64,000 bases of DNA from contig DATDPP010000079.1 in assembly GCA_035292685.1 (NCBI GenBank), positions 21,390 to 85,389 of the forward strand, read 5' to 3'. Made by a program: the position numbers and the translations under genes. Below the pieces are notes generated by a model. The model saw only the letters and a list, made by a program, of their open reading frames with translations. It searched no databases and was not told the DNA's origin. Position 1 is the stretch's first letter, and each line of letters starts with the position of its first letter. The stretch is from Acidimicrobiia bacterium (lineage in GTDB: Bacteria; Actinomycetota; Acidimicrobiia; Spongiisociales; ZC4RG35). This document shows, in pieces, positions 1 through 9,408 of this stretch.

Positions 1-452
1 AGGCCATGGAACGTGGGCGCCCATTCTTGGAGCCCTTCTCCAGCTCGATCCAGCATCTTGGGCCAAATGGCGCCGGTCTGGAGATGAAGCTGATTGCCAA
101 CCGTCTCCTCACCGCCCACCTGGTGGCGATCGCCGAGGCAGTCCTCGAGATCGAGGACGCAGGTCTCGACGTGGCCGACTGTCTCGAGGTGCTGCGAGCC
201 GGCGCCGTCCCCAGGCTTCTCGCTTACAAGGCCGACCCCATGTCACAGCGTGATCACAAGCCCCTTTTCACCGTCGACCTCATGAGCAAGGACCTGGGTT
301 TGGCCGAAGCCCGAAGACCCGCCGGACCGGTGACCGCCTCGGCCGTGGAAATCCTCAAAGCAGCACAGAATCAGGGATGGGGGGCGAGTGACATTGGAGC
401 GGTCATCGAAATCCTGGGCCGGCCCCCCAGCTGGGTCTCGCTCACACCCTGA
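1..452 (+). CDS. HIBADH-type (3-hydroxyisobutyrate/6-phosphogluconate dehydrogenase family) NAD(P) oxidoreductase, C-terminal fragment; 5' end lies outside the window
   Basis: ORF 6..452 is open to the window edge. The helical C-terminal domain pattern 'KLIANRLLTAHLVAIAEAV...FTVDLMSKDLGLA' is typical of beta-hydroxyacid dehydrogenases and resembles the C-termini of 5263..6156 and 42441..43316. Confidence 0.7.
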   Translation, partial: AMERGRPFLEPFSSSIQHLGPNGAGLEMKLIANRLLTAHLVAIAEAVLEIEDAGLDVADCLEVLRAGAVPRLLAYKADPMSQRDHKPLFTVDLMSKDLGLAEARRPAGPVTASAVEILKAAQNQGWGASDIGAVIEILGRPPSWVSLTP

Positions 453-1596
453 GCAAACGAGCGGCGTTGCCGCCGACGATCAACCTGTGTTGTTCGGTTG
501 TCAGATCGGCCCCGGCAAGGAAACCCAGCGGATCAGTTGGCCCCATGTCGAAGGGGTAGTCGGTGCCCATCAGAACGTGCTCGGCGCCGAATTCGCCGAC
601 CAGATACTCCACTGCCCCGGCGGAGAACACCGTGGTGTCGAAAAAGAGCTGGTGCAGGTATTCGCTGGGAGGGCGTGGAATGTGACGCCTCGTTTCGGGC
701 CTGACGTTGTAGGCGTGATCGGTCCGCGCGAAGTAGAACGGGAGATAGCCTCCGCCGTGGACCACCAGCATTCGCAGGCCGGGGAATCGCTCCCAGACCC
801 CGCCGAGGATCATCCGGGAGAGGGCCACGGTGGACGCCAGGGGCATGCAGACCACGTTGATGAGGTAGTAATCGTCCATTCTGCGGGGCTCGGTCCAACC
901 GTGCGGGTGGAGGATTACCAGCATCTCCAGGTCCTCGGCTTTGGCCCAAACCGGGTCGAACCGGCGATCGTCTAGATCCTGGCCATTCACGTCGGCGTTG
1001 ATCTCGAACCCGTTGAATCCGAGATCGCGGTTGACCCGGACCATCTCCGCCACCGCCGCCGCAGGATGGTTCATCGGCAGGTTGGCGATCCCGACGAATC
1101 GGCCTGGGCTGGCAGCGACCAACTCTGCGATCCCATCATTCTGCTGGGCCGCCACCTTGGGGCCCATGAGCTCATCGAGCCAGTAGAAGTACTGCGGGGG
1201 CGCTATCGAGAGCGCCTGAATGTCGATCCCTTGGAGGTCCATGTCGGCGACCCGGGCCTCGGGATCGATGAATTGCGCGGCTTGCGTTGCGCGTAACTCC
1301 CGGTTGTAGCGTGTGCTCTCTTCAGGCTGGACCACCATCCGGGGGTCGTACTCCGGTCGGAAATGAGGCGCGGCGACGGCAGCGGCATCCGGGACCTCCA
1401 CATGGCTGTGGATGTCGAAGGTGAGATAAGGCGGTTTGGGGGCGACGCTGGGCGCCCATTTCGGGCCTAGCTCCGGCCACCACTCCCCGCTCACAACGCC
1501 GCACCGGCAGGTTTCGCAGTTGGGGGCCGGTTTCGGATCTGGCTCACGCCCGTCAATATATTGTGCAACATCGCCCGACCACGCCGCATCCTCCAC
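442..1596 (-). CDS. Amidohydrolase_2 family protein (ACMSD/LigW/LigJ-type metal-dependent decarboxylase or hydratase)
   Basis: 'FDIHSHVEVP' HxH metal motif near the N-terminus, 'VVHGGGYLPFY' and 'GTDYPFDMG' near the C-terminus. About two-thirds identical by eye to 6153..7226 over the C-terminal 150 aa. The start is uncertain: GTG at 1596 puts motif-1 site A inside the ORF, and an alternative GTG lies at 1494. Confidence 0.85.
   Translation of the reverse strand: MEDAAWSGDVAQYIDGREPDPKPAPNCETCRCGVVSGEWWPELGPKWAPSVAPKPPYLTFDIHSHVEVPDAAAVAAPHFRPEYDPRMVVQPEESTRYNRELRATQAAQFIDPEARVADMDLQGIDIQALSIAPPQYFYWLDELMGPKVAAQQNDGIAELVAASPGRFVGIANLPMNHPAAAVAEMVRVNRDLGFNGFEINADVNGQDLDDRRFDPVWAKAEDLEMLVILHPHGWTEPRRMDDYYLINVVCMPLASTVALSRMILGGVWERFPGLRMLVVHGGGYLPFYFARTDHAYNVRPETRRHIPRPPSEYLHQLFFDTTVFSAGAVEYLVGEFGAEHVLMGTDYPFDMGPTDPLGFLAGADLTTEQHRLIVGGNAARLLRV
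1553..1571. promoter_or_regulatory. Motif-1 site A: TCAATATATTGTGCAACAT
   Basis: Shares the 12-mer ATATATTGTGCA with site B (14/19 overall). Lies at the divergent amidohydrolase/MFS junction. Confidence 0.5.
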
Positions 1597-1635
1597 CCCT
1601 TCGGCGTTGCCTCCTCCTCGACCGAGCGACTCTTG

Positions 1636-2802
1636 ATGGCGATCGCAGTCGGCGCCCTCGGCACCCTAGGCTTCTCGGTCACCGCGCCTCTCCTGCCCGA
1701 CCTGGCCGACGCGCTTGGTGTGAGCAGAGCGGCAATCGGCCTGGTCCAGGCGGCGATTTCGGTCCCCGGAGTCCTCCTCTCGATCCTGATCGGGTACTTC
1801 GCCGACCGTTTCGGAAGACGCAGAGTGGTATTGACCAGCCTGCTCATATTCGGAACATTCGGGATGGCCGGGTTTTGGGCCCGATCCCTCTGGCCCCTCG
1901 TTGTGACCCGCTTCATTCAGGGGGCCGGGACCTCAGGGATCCTGGGGCTGGGCATCGTTCTCGTCGGTGACATCTTCGAGGGGCGGGCCCGGACCAAGGC
2001 TATGGGATACAACCTGGGCGGAGTGACGGTGGTGAACATGATGGGCCCCATCGTGTCGGGGATGCTGGGGCAAGGCGGGGTGTTCCGACCATTCCTGATC
2101 TTCTCGGTCGGGTACCCATTGGCGTTGTGGGCTACCCGGATGCCGATCGAGCCAAGACGCGAGGTCGACTCCCCCTTGAGTCATGCCAGTGAGGCCTACG
2201 CCTCGCTGCGCATGGGTGGGCATCTTGTCGACTACACCGGGATCCTGATCGCAACCGTCGGAGTCACGGTCCTCATGCATGGACTGGGGTTTACGACGGT
2301 CCCCTTGTATCTCGACGGGGTCTTCGGCATCGCCTCGTTCGGTCGGGGATTCGTGATCGCCTTCTTCCAGGTCGGCGTTGTCATCGCCGCGGTCCAAATC
2401 GGGCGCCTGCAGGCCCGTCACGGAGGTTCACGGCTCGTGGGGACCGCCTTCACCCTCATGGGCCTGGGGATGGTGGTCACAGCTGTGGCCCCGGAATGGT
2501 GGGTGGTGCCTCTCGGGCTGGCCCTATCCGGTATCGGGTTCGGGCTCTTCGTCCCTCAGGCCCAGGAGAAGGCCGCCACCTTGAGTGATCCCTTGTATCG
2601 CGGATTGACCGTCCTCACCTGGGTCACCTTTGTCCGCTTCGCACAGGTCGTCGGTCCGCCGGCCGGGTCGTGGTCAGCCGAGAGTGTCGGCGCGAGGTTG
2701 ACGTTTGCCATCACAGGCGCAGTCATGTTGTTGGCTGCCGCCCTCTGGCAACCGATCCGGAATTACGCTTCGAGGAGGCAGGTCACAATCTCCCCCTCGT
2801 GA
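1636..2802 (+). CDS. MFS transporter
   Basis: Twelve-helix-like hydrophobic pattern with the MFS loop motif 'GYFADRFGRRRVV' between TM2 and TM3. ATG at 1636 precedes TM1; the ORF track start (TTG 1561) adds a non-hydrophobic Arg/Pro-rich extension. Confidence 0.8.
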   Translation: MAIAVGALGTLGFSVTAPLLPDLADALGVSRAAIGLVQAAISVPGVLLSILIGYFADRFGRRRVVLTSLLIFGTFGMAGFWARSLWPLVVTRFIQGAGTSGILGLGIVLVGDIFEGRARTKAMGYNLGGVTVVNMMGPIVSGMLGQGGVFRPFLIFSVGYPLALWATRMPIEPRREVDSPLSHASEAYASLRMGGHLVDYTGILIATVGVTVLMHGLGFTTVPLYLDGVFGIASFGRGFVIAFFQVGVVIAAVQIGRLQARHGGSRLVGTAFTLMGLGMVVTAVAPEWWVVPLGLALSGIGFGLFVPQAQEKAATLSDPLYRGLTVLTWVTFVRFAQVVGPPAGSWSAESVGARLTFAITGAVMLLAAALWQPIRNYASRRQVTISPS

Positions 2803-2805
2803 TAC

Positions 2806-2824
2806 AGGATGAACGATGCACGAT
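2806..2824. promoter_or_regulatory. Motif-1 site (weak): AGGATGAACGATGCACGAT
   Basis: 13/19 match to site C. Lies in the 35-bp gap upstream of the FAH-GntR operon, which fits autoregulation. Confidence 0.4.
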
Positions 2825-2837
2825 GTACCATCGCTTC

Positions 2838-3701
2838 ATGCGTCTGGCCACCTTTGAGTTGGACCAACAACGCCTGGTGGGCGCCATCGACGGGGATCAG
2901 ATGGTGGATTTTTCCGGCTCCGGGCTTCCCAACGAGATGATCGAGTTGATCAGGACCTGGGACCAGGATCGGGCTCGTTCCGCATACGCCACCTCCCCCA
3001 GGATCCCGCTGAGCCGGGTTCGTTTGCTGGCGCCCCTTGCCCCCCGGAAGAACATCATCGCCGTGGGCCGCAACTATCACGACCACGCTGAGGAATTCTC
3101 CGCTTCGGGTTTCGATGCCGCCGAGAAGCAGATGATCCCCGATCATCCGGTCTTCTTCACCAAGGCGCCGACCTCGGTCATCGGCCCCGAACAGGCGATC
3201 GTCCTGGACAACGATCCGACCGGGACTACCGACTACGAGGGGGAGATGGCGGTGGTCATCGGCCGAACCGCCCGCAATGTGACCCTAGGGACCGCTCTGG
3301 ATCATGTTTTCGGATGGACCATCGTGAACGATGTCACCGCACGTGACCTCCAGAAGAGACACGTTCAATGGTTCCTCGGCAAGAGCCCGGACACCTTCTG
3401 CCCGATGGGACCGGCGATCTCGACGATCGACGAGCTACCCGACATCGAATCGTCTTGGTTGAGGACGACGGTGAACAACGAGCTCCGACAGGAGACGCAG
3501 ATCAAGGAGCTCGTGTTCGATGTCCCGACCTTGCTCACCACCTTGAGCCAGGTGATGACACTGGAACCTGGAGATGTCATCGCCACCGGGACCGGAAAGG
3601 GAGTCGGGATCGGCTTCGACCCGCCCGTCTATCTCGTCCCCGGGGACGTCGTCGAGGTTTCCATCGATGGAATAGGCACCTTGCGCAACCCAGTCGTTTG
3701 A
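2838..3701 (+). CDS. Fumarylacetoacetate hydrolase (FAH) family protein
   Basis: 'MRLATF...' N-terminus, 'NIIAVGRNYHDHAEE', 'DYEGEMAVVIGR' and 'GDVIATGTGKGVG' are classic FAH-fold motifs. Start chosen at ATG 2838 because the ORF-track 2670 start overlaps the MFS gene. Confidence 0.85.
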   Translation: MRLATFELDQQRLVGAIDGDQMVDFSGSGLPNEMIELIRTWDQDRARSAYATSPRIPLSRVRLLAPLAPRKNIIAVGRNYHDHAEEFSASGFDAAEKQMIPDHPVFFTKAPTSVIGPEQAIVLDNDPTGTTDYEGEMAVVIGRTARNVTLGTALDHVFGWTIVNDVTARDLQKRHVQWFLGKSPDTFCPMGPAISTIDELPDIESSWLRTTVNNELRQETQIKELVFDVPTLLTTLSQVMTLEPGDVIATGTGKGVGIGFDPPVYLVPGDVVEVSIDGIGTLRNPVV

Positions 3702-3714
3702 CGAGGAAAGAGAC

Positions 3715-4389
3715 ATGACTGACAGCGACCCCATCACCTACGAGCCGGGAGAGCCGGTGCGGTTGGGCCCGATGACCCGACCCCGCACTGCGACCGACTT
3801 CGTGTCCGGTTCGATTCGCCGTTCGATCCTCAACGGGGAATTGGTTGGCGGCACACGGTTGAGTCTCGCCACCCTGGCGTCGGCATTCGACGTCAGCACG
3901 ACGCCGGTCCGTGAGGCGCTCCGAGAGCTGTCGTTCGAAGGGCTGGTGCGCCTCGACAGCTATCGAGGCGGCACGGTGAATGCAGTCACCAGGGCCGATG
4001 TCGAAGAGATCGTCCGGATCCGCCAGGTACTCGAGCCGATCGCAGTGAGGGAAGCGGTGGCGGCGATGACCTCCGGAGCCCTGGAAGCGGCGGAGAAGAT
4101 CCTCGAATACATGGAGCGCGACCCCATATGGGAGAACTGGGTCGAGGGGAACCGCTCTTTTCATCAGAAGCTGTACTCCGTTGCCCCCTCGAAGCGGCTG
4201 ACCGGGATGATCAAAGGTCTTCAGGACACCACCGTGGTGTTCATGAGCGCAACGGTCTCGAAGAGCGCGGCCTTGAGGTCGGAGGCTGCGAAGGACCATC
4301 GCGACATCCTGGAGGCGATGCGGGTCAGGGATGTCGACACCGCAATCGAGGTGACGCTTCGCCATCTGGCCATCCCGATCCGCCAATGA
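3715..4389 (+). CDS. GntR-family transcriptional regulator, FadR/FCD subfamily
   Basis: N-terminal winged HTH 'LATLASAFDVSTTPVREALRELSFEGLV' followed by a helical FCD-like C-terminal domain. Candidate binder of motif 1. Confidence 0.9.
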   Translation: MTDSDPITYEPGEPVRLGPMTRPRTATDFVSGSIRRSILNGELVGGTRLSLATLASAFDVSTTPVREALRELSFEGLVRLDSYRGGTVNAVTRADVEEIVRIRQVLEPIAVREAVAAMTSGALEAAEKILEYMERDPIWENWVEGNRSFHQKLYSVAPSKRLTGMIKGLQDTTVVFMSATVSKSAALRSEAAKDHRDILEAMRVRDVDTAIEVTLRHLAIPIRQ

Positions 4390-4393
4390 GCAG

Positions 4394-5263
4394 ATGACCG
4401 ACATACCCGTATGCCTGCCGCCGGTCCGCGACACCCGCCGGGCGAACCTCAGAGTGCCGGCCGGGGCAGTCGACTGCCACACCCACGTGTTCGCCCCGGG
4501 TTATCCGTTGTCTCCCAACCGGGGCTACACCCCTCCCGATTCGACACTCGACGACATGCTCCAGATGCACTCGATGCTTGGAATAGAGCGAGTGGTCTTC
4601 ACCCAGCCTTCGGTTTACGGCATCGACAATTCGGCCATTCTCGACGCGATGGCCCGGATCGCCCACCGCGCCCGAGCGGTGGTGGCAGTCGCCGCCTCGA
4701 TCAGCGACAGCGAGCTCTCGGATCTGGATGCCCTAGGGGCCCGAGGCATCCGGCTCAATCTCGACAACGTCGGTGGGATGCCGGTCGAACTCCGCGACCT
4801 GCCGGCTCTGGCCTCGCGGGTCGCGCAGTTCGGCTGGCATGTGGAGTTCCTCTTCGCCGGCCACGATCTACCCGAGCTAGCACCAATGCTTCGGGCCCTT
4901 ACCGCTCCGATCACGATCGGGCATTTCGGCTACATGCCGGCGGCGCAGGGAGTGAGCTACCCGCCGTTCCAAACCCTGCTCGCCCTGGTGGCGGAGGGCA
5001 ACACCTGGGTCAAGCTGTCCGGTCCCAATCGCCTCGGTGTCGGCGACCTACCGCCCTGGCCTGAGGTGATCCCATTGGCGAGCGCTTTGATCGAGGCCAA
5101 TCCGGACCGGATGTTGTGGGCCACCGACTGGCCGCATCCCAACAAGTACCGCGACCAGCCGAACGACGCCGATCTTCTCGAGCAGCTCGAGTTGTGGGCC
5201 CCCGATGAAGCGATGCGACATCGGATCCTCGTCGACAACCCGGCAACGCTCTACCGGTTCTGA
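4394..5263 (+). CDS. Amidohydrolase_2 family lactonase-like protein (LigI / 2-pyrone-4,6-dicarboxylate hydrolase-like)
   Basis: 'VDCHTHVF' near the N-terminus and 'LWATDWPHPN' near the C-terminus, in a ~290 aa protein. This pattern fits the lactonase branch of amidohydrolase_2. Confidence 0.75.
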   Translation: MTDIPVCLPPVRDTRRANLRVPAGAVDCHTHVFAPGYPLSPNRGYTPPDSTLDDMLQMHSMLGIERVVFTQPSVYGIDNSAILDAMARIAHRARAVVAVAASISDSELSDLDALGARGIRLNLDNVGGMPVELRDLPALASRVAQFGWHVEFLFAGHDLPELAPMLRALTAPITIGHFGYMPAAQGVSYPPFQTLLALVAEGNTWVKLSGPNRLGVGDLPPWPEVIPLASALIEANPDRMLWATDWPHPNKYRDQPNDADLLEQLELWAPDEAMRHRILVDNPATLYRF

Positions 5264-6156
5264 TGCCATCTCACCCGATTGCGGTGATCGGGCTCGGTCT
5301 CATGGGGTCGCGCATGTCTGCCCGACTGCTCGAAGCCGGCCACCCTCTGCGAGGGTACGACCCGGATCCCGACCGGTCGGCCGAGTTCGCTGGACTGGGC
5401 GGCGTCGCGGCTCGCTCGCCGGCCGAAGCGGTCCAGGGCTGCTGGGCTGCGCTTTTGTCACTCCCCAATTCCGACATCTCCCGCCAGGTCTGCCTTGGCG
5501 TCGATGGGATCCGCGAAAGCGGAACTTCGCTGTGGGTCTATGACGCCACCACGGGATGGCCTGAGGACGCGATCGAGATCGCCGCGGAGCTTTCGGAAGC
5601 CGACATCACCTATTCCGATGCGACGGTGAGTGGCAACGGGGAACTGGCCGAACGCGGTGAGCTCGTGGTCATGATGGGTGGAGCCCACGAGGCCTATGAG
5701 AAAGGGCGTCACATTTTCGAGGCCATCGGGCGCTCACATCATCATGTTGGCCCGGTCGGCTCCGGGTCAAGGATGAAGCTGATCGTGAACCACGTGCTGG
5801 CCATCCATCGCATGGCCCTGGCCGAGTCAATCGTGGTCGCCGAGCTGGCCGGAATGGACCTCGAGACCACATTGACCGTGTTGAAGGATGGGCTCGCCTA
5901 CTCGAGAGCAATGGACGCCTGGGGCGACAGGATGGTGGCTGCCGACCACGAACCGCCCTTTTCCCGGCTACGCCAGAGCCACAAAGACTCCCGGCTCATC
6001 GTCGATCACGGGCTCGGCCTTGGAGCCACCATGGACCTGGCGCTGGTGGTCAAGGCGGCACTATCGGAAGGGGAGGAAGTGGGTCTCGGCGACTTCGACA
6101 ATTCGGCGGTGGTCGAAGTGGTGCGGAGACGAGCCGGCATCGGTCGGCTGCCTTGA
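5263..6156 (+). CDS. HIBADH-type NAD(P)-dependent beta-hydroxyacid dehydrogenase
   Basis: N-terminal Rossmann motif 'IAVIGLGLMGSRM'. The C-terminal helical domain contains 'GSGSRMKLIVNHVLAIH'. Confidence 0.85.
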   Translation: MPSHPIAVIGLGLMGSRMSARLLEAGHPLRGYDPDPDRSAEFAGLGGVAARSPAEAVQGCWAALLSLPNSDISRQVCLGVDGIRESGTSLWVYDATTGWPEDAIEIAAELSEADITYSDATVSGNGELAERGELVVMMGGAHEAYEKGRHIFEAIGRSHHHVGPVGSGSRMKLIVNHVLAIHRMALAESIVVAELAGMDLETTLTVLKDGLAYSRAMDAWGDRMVAADHEPPFSRLRQSHKDSRLIVDHGLGLGATMDLALVVKAALSEGEEVGLGDFDNSAVVEVVRRRAGIGRLP

Positions 6157-7226
6157 CCGGTGACCGCCCTGAGGACTGGGAATCCGCCTGGGGCCCGAGT
6201 TCAGTCGCACGCCCGGTCACCCGAACGGTGGACGTGCACACCCATCTCATGGTGCCGGAGTCCGTCGAGCTCACCCGCGCCCACGCCAGGCCCGAGAACG
6301 ACCCGCGCACCTTGTTCTCCTCATCGCTGACCAACGACCTCAACCAGGAGTTCTATCGGTTGGCTCATGACAAGTATCACGACGCCGAGACCCGCATCAG
6401 GGACATGGATTCCATGGGTATCGACGTCCAACTCGTGGCCCTCACCCCCTTTCAGTACTTTTATTGGGTGGACGCAGACCTGGCGCTCCGGGTGACCTCA
6501 GCCCAGAATCAGCGCATCGCCGAGTTGGTCGATTCCCACCCGACCCGTTTCGTCGGTGTCGGGACCCTGCCGCTCGGTCACCCGGAGCAGGCCGTGGATG
6601 AGGCGGCACGAGTTGTCGACCTTGGGTTCCCCGCGGTTCAGATCGGAGCCGACGTCACGGGGACAGATCTCGACGATCCGCGATTCGACCCGGTTTGGGC
6701 AGCCATCGAGGAATTGGGCCTGGTGGTGATCCTCCACCCCGCTGGCTACACCGAAGCGAGACGCCTCACCGATTACTACCTGGTCAACGTGATCGGTATG
6801 CCCCTGGCAACCACGGTGGCGGTCTCACGAATGATTCTCGGCGGGGTGTTCCAGCGGTTCCCTCTCCTCAAGGTGCTCCTGGTCCACGGTGGCGGCTATC
6901 TGGCTTTCTACACGGCGCGCACCGACCACGCCTTCCGGCACCGGCCCGAGCTCCGGGCCCATATTGACCGTCTTCCATCGGAGTATTTGGCGAATCTCTA
7001 CTTCGACACCACCGTCTTCGATCCGGAGATGGTGCGGCATCTGGTGGCCCGTTACGGCGTCGAGCGGGTGCTTCTGGGAACCGACTACCCCTTTGACATG
7101 GGGCTCACCGACCCCCTCGCCCTGATTGCCGAAACCGGGCTCGACCGCAACGACCAGCAGTTGATCGCCGGGGTCAACGCCTCCCGCCTTTTCGGGATCG
7201 GCCGAAATCGGTTGCATTGGGGGTGA
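6153..7226 (+). CDS. Amidohydrolase_2 family protein (ACMSD/LigW/LigJ-type)
   Basis: 'VDVHTHLMVP', 'LLVHGGGYLAFY' and 'GTDYPFDMG'. The TTG start overlaps the upstream stop (TTGA). Confidence 0.85.
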   Translation: MTGDRPEDWESAWGPSSVARPVTRTVDVHTHLMVPESVELTRAHARPENDPRTLFSSSLTNDLNQEFYRLAHDKYHDAETRIRDMDSMGIDVQLVALTPFQYFYWVDADLALRVTSAQNQRIAELVDSHPTRFVGVGTLPLGHPEQAVDEAARVVDLGFPAVQIGADVTGTDLDDPRFDPVWAAIEELGLVVILHPAGYTEARRLTDYYLVNVIGMPLATTVAVSRMILGGVFQRFPLLKVLLVHGGGYLAFYTARTDHAFRHRPELRAHIDRLPSEYLANLYFDTTVFDPEMVRHLVARYGVERVLLGTDYPFDMGLTDPLALIAETGLDRNDQQLIAGVNASRLFGIGRNRLHWG

Positions 7227-7235
7227 AGTTTCCGG

Positions 7236-7254
7236 ATCATATATTGTGCATGAT
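7236..7254. promoter_or_regulatory. Motif-1 site B: ATCATATATTGTGCATGAT
   Basis: Inverted ends ATCAT/ATGAT around a 9-bp AT-rich core; 15/19 match to site C. Lies in the 57-bp gap before the amidohydrolase at 7284. Confidence 0.6.
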
Positions 7255-7283
7255 GTGAGCCAGCGAATGGGGGCCGATCGAAC

Positions 7284-8282
7284 ATGCGTCGGGTAATCGA
7301 CATCCACTGTCACCGCGAGTGCGGGACCGCCGCCGCAATGGTCAAGCCCGAGGCCGACCGGCTGGGTCGTGCACCCTTTCAGTTCGGTAGCGAGCTCACA
7401 AGGGAAGTCAACCGCCGACAATTGGCCGATCTGCGACCGAAGATGGAGTCACTCGAGGTCCGTCTTGCCGACATGGACGCCATGGGAGTCGACGTGCAGG
7501 CGATCAGCCTGGCCCCCTATCAGCTGTACCACTGGGCCGAGGGAGAACTGGGGGCAAATGCCTTCCGGGCGGTGAACGATGACCTGGCGAAGACGGTTGA
7601 CGCCTATCCCGAGCGCTTCATCGGGCTCGGCGCCGTGCCCCTGCAGGACACCGCCACCGCGGTGCACGAGCTCTGGAGATGTTCGGTGGAGCTGGGATTC
7701 CCCGGGATCGAAGTGCCGACCCACATCGAGGGCGAGGACCTCTCCAGCCCCCGTCTGGAACCCTTCTGGGAAGCAGTCGAGGAGCTCGGCATGGTCGTCT
7801 TCCTCCACCCGACCAACTTCACCCACCCTCAACGCTTCACCGACCATTACTTCCTCAACACCATCGGGCACCCACTGGAGGAGACCATCTGCGCTGGGCG
7901 TCTCATCTTCGACGGGGTAATCGAGCGTCATCCCGGCCTCAGGTTCGTGTTTGCCCACGGAGGCGGCTTCCTGCCTGCATACTCGGGGCGCTTCGACCAC
8001 GCCTACCACGCCCGAGAGGACGTACGAGATGGCCTGCCCCAACCGCCAAGCGAGTACTTGCGCACCTTCTTCTTCGATACGATGGTCTTCGAGCCCGACC
8101 AACTCGGGTACCTGATCTCAAAGTACGGCTCCGATCACATATTGCTGGGAACCGACTACCCCTATGACATGGGCGAGCCTGACCCAATGGGCCTGATCAA
8201 CAGGGTGAGCGGATTGTCGGAGGACGACGTCGAACGCATCGCCGGCGGCAACGCGGCACGCCTCCTGGGCCTCGACCTATGA
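7284..8282 (+). CDS. Amidohydrolase_2 family protein (ACMSD/LigW/LigJ-type)
   Basis: 'IDIHCHRE', 'FAHGGGFLPAY' and 'GTDYPYDMG'. Preceded by motif-1 site B. Confidence 0.85.
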   Translation: MRRVIDIHCHRECGTAAAMVKPEADRLGRAPFQFGSELTREVNRRQLADLRPKMESLEVRLADMDAMGVDVQAISLAPYQLYHWAEGELGANAFRAVNDDLAKTVDAYPERFIGLGAVPLQDTATAVHELWRCSVELGFPGIEVPTHIEGEDLSSPRLEPFWEAVEELGMVVFLHPTNFTHPQRFTDHYFLNTIGHPLEETICAGRLIFDGVIERHPGLRFVFAHGGGFLPAYSGRFDHAYHAREDVRDGLPQPPSEYLRTFFFDTMVFEPDQLGYLISKYGSDHILLGTDYPYDMGEPDPMGLINRVSGLSEDDVERIAGGNAARLLGLDL

Positions 8283-9391
8283 GAACCGAAGGGATCGGAC
8301 TGGCCGTAGTCGGAGCCGGGACCGTTGGGCGCATTCGAGCCACGCTGGCCCGGGAACATCCAGCAGTCGAGTGGCTCGGGCTCTGCGACATCGACGCCAA
8401 CACCGCAAAGCGACTCGGCCATGACACCAACGCCGAGTTTGTGACCACCCAGCTCGAGGAACTGCTCTCCCGACCCGAGGTCACTGCTGTGATCGTCGCC
8501 ACCGATGAAAACGAGCACGTCGACCCGATCATGGCGGCGGTCGGGCTCGGCAAGCCGTTGTTCATCGAGAAACCCCTGGCCACCAACCCGGTCGACTCGG
8601 CCAAAGTGCTGGCGGCGATCGAAGACGCCGGTATCGATGCCGTCATGGGTTACACCCAGCGATTCCGCCGACGTTTTCAGACCGTCAAGCAGCGGCTCCG
8701 TGACGGGCAGATCGGAGAGGTGACCAGTGTTGTCACCAGGGCCTTCATGAACAGAATGGTCCCCGACGCAACACTCCGCAAGACCTCGAATCGCTCGAGC
8801 CTGACCCCGATGGTCGTGTCGGGCACCCACAGCCTCGACATGTGCATGTGGCTCATGGAGCCCAAGAGCCCGGTGGAGGTCTATGCCCGCTCCGTCGATC
8901 ACACCTTGCGAGAGATGGGCACCAAGGACGCCACGTTCGGCCTCTTCACAATGGACGACGGGACAATCTGGAGCATGAATATCAGCTGGGCGTTGCCCAC
9001 CGTATGGCCGGGAGCGGTCTACGGGTTGGAGATCGGGATTGTGGGGACCAAGGGTGTCATCGATATCGAAGACACCCACCGTGACGTGATCATCGCCACC
9101 CAGATCCCCCAGCCGGCCGGGTACACCTCCCAGGGATACCAGCCGGATTCGCAACGTCATGTCGACTTCATCGGCAGCTACCCGCCGGGCGATATCTCCG
9201 ACGGGCTGTTGTGGGGCCCGATGCGTGAGGAGACGATGACCTGGTTTCACCGGCTGACAACCGGGATCGACACCCCGCATGCCACGGCAGCCGACGGGCA
9301 CCGCAACCTCCTCCTGACAATGGCCATGGACCTTTCTGCCAGGACCGGGGGCCCGGTCCAGCTTCCCATCGAGCCCGAAGCGCTCCTCTGA
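8279..9391 (+). CDS. Gfo/Idh/MocA-family NAD(P) oxidoreductase
   Basis: 'GLAVVGAGTVGR' Rossmann motif and 'LFIEKPLA' (EKP motif). ATGA overlap with the upstream gene. Confidence 0.85.
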   Translation: MRTEGIGLAVVGAGTVGRIRATLAREHPAVEWLGLCDIDANTAKRLGHDTNAEFVTTQLEELLSRPEVTAVIVATDENEHVDPIMAAVGLGKPLFIEKPLATNPVDSAKVLAAIEDAGIDAVMGYTQRFRRRFQTVKQRLRDGQIGEVTSVVTRAFMNRMVPDATLRKTSNRSSLTPMVVSGTHSLDMCMWLMEPKSPVEVYARSVDHTLREMGTKDATFGLFTMDDGTIWSMNISWALPTVWPGAVYGLEIGIVGTKGVIDIEDTHRDVIIATQIPQPAGYTSQGYQPDSQRHVDFIGSYPPGDISDGLLWGPMREETMTWFHRLTTGIDTPHATAADGHRNLLLTMAMDLSARTGGPVQLPIEPEALL

Positions 9392-9408
9392 CCTCGAAAG
9401 GACTCAGC

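Noticed and set aside
8162-9301. Long antisense ORF (379 aa) opposite the Gfo/Idh/MocA gene. Similar long shadow ORFs occur at 10410..11855(-), 11087..12385(+), 13281..14321(+), 15953..17101(+), 23486..25216(-), 30559..31650(-), 37600..38718(-), 38776..40011(+), 44976..46310(+), 51694..52809(+) and 53100..53876(+).
   Set aside because: Their translations are Arg/Gly/Pro/His-rich, low-complexity and without recognisable motifs. Each fully overlaps a gene with clear family signatures on the other strand. This is the expected stop-codon-poor antisense frame of high-GC DNA.
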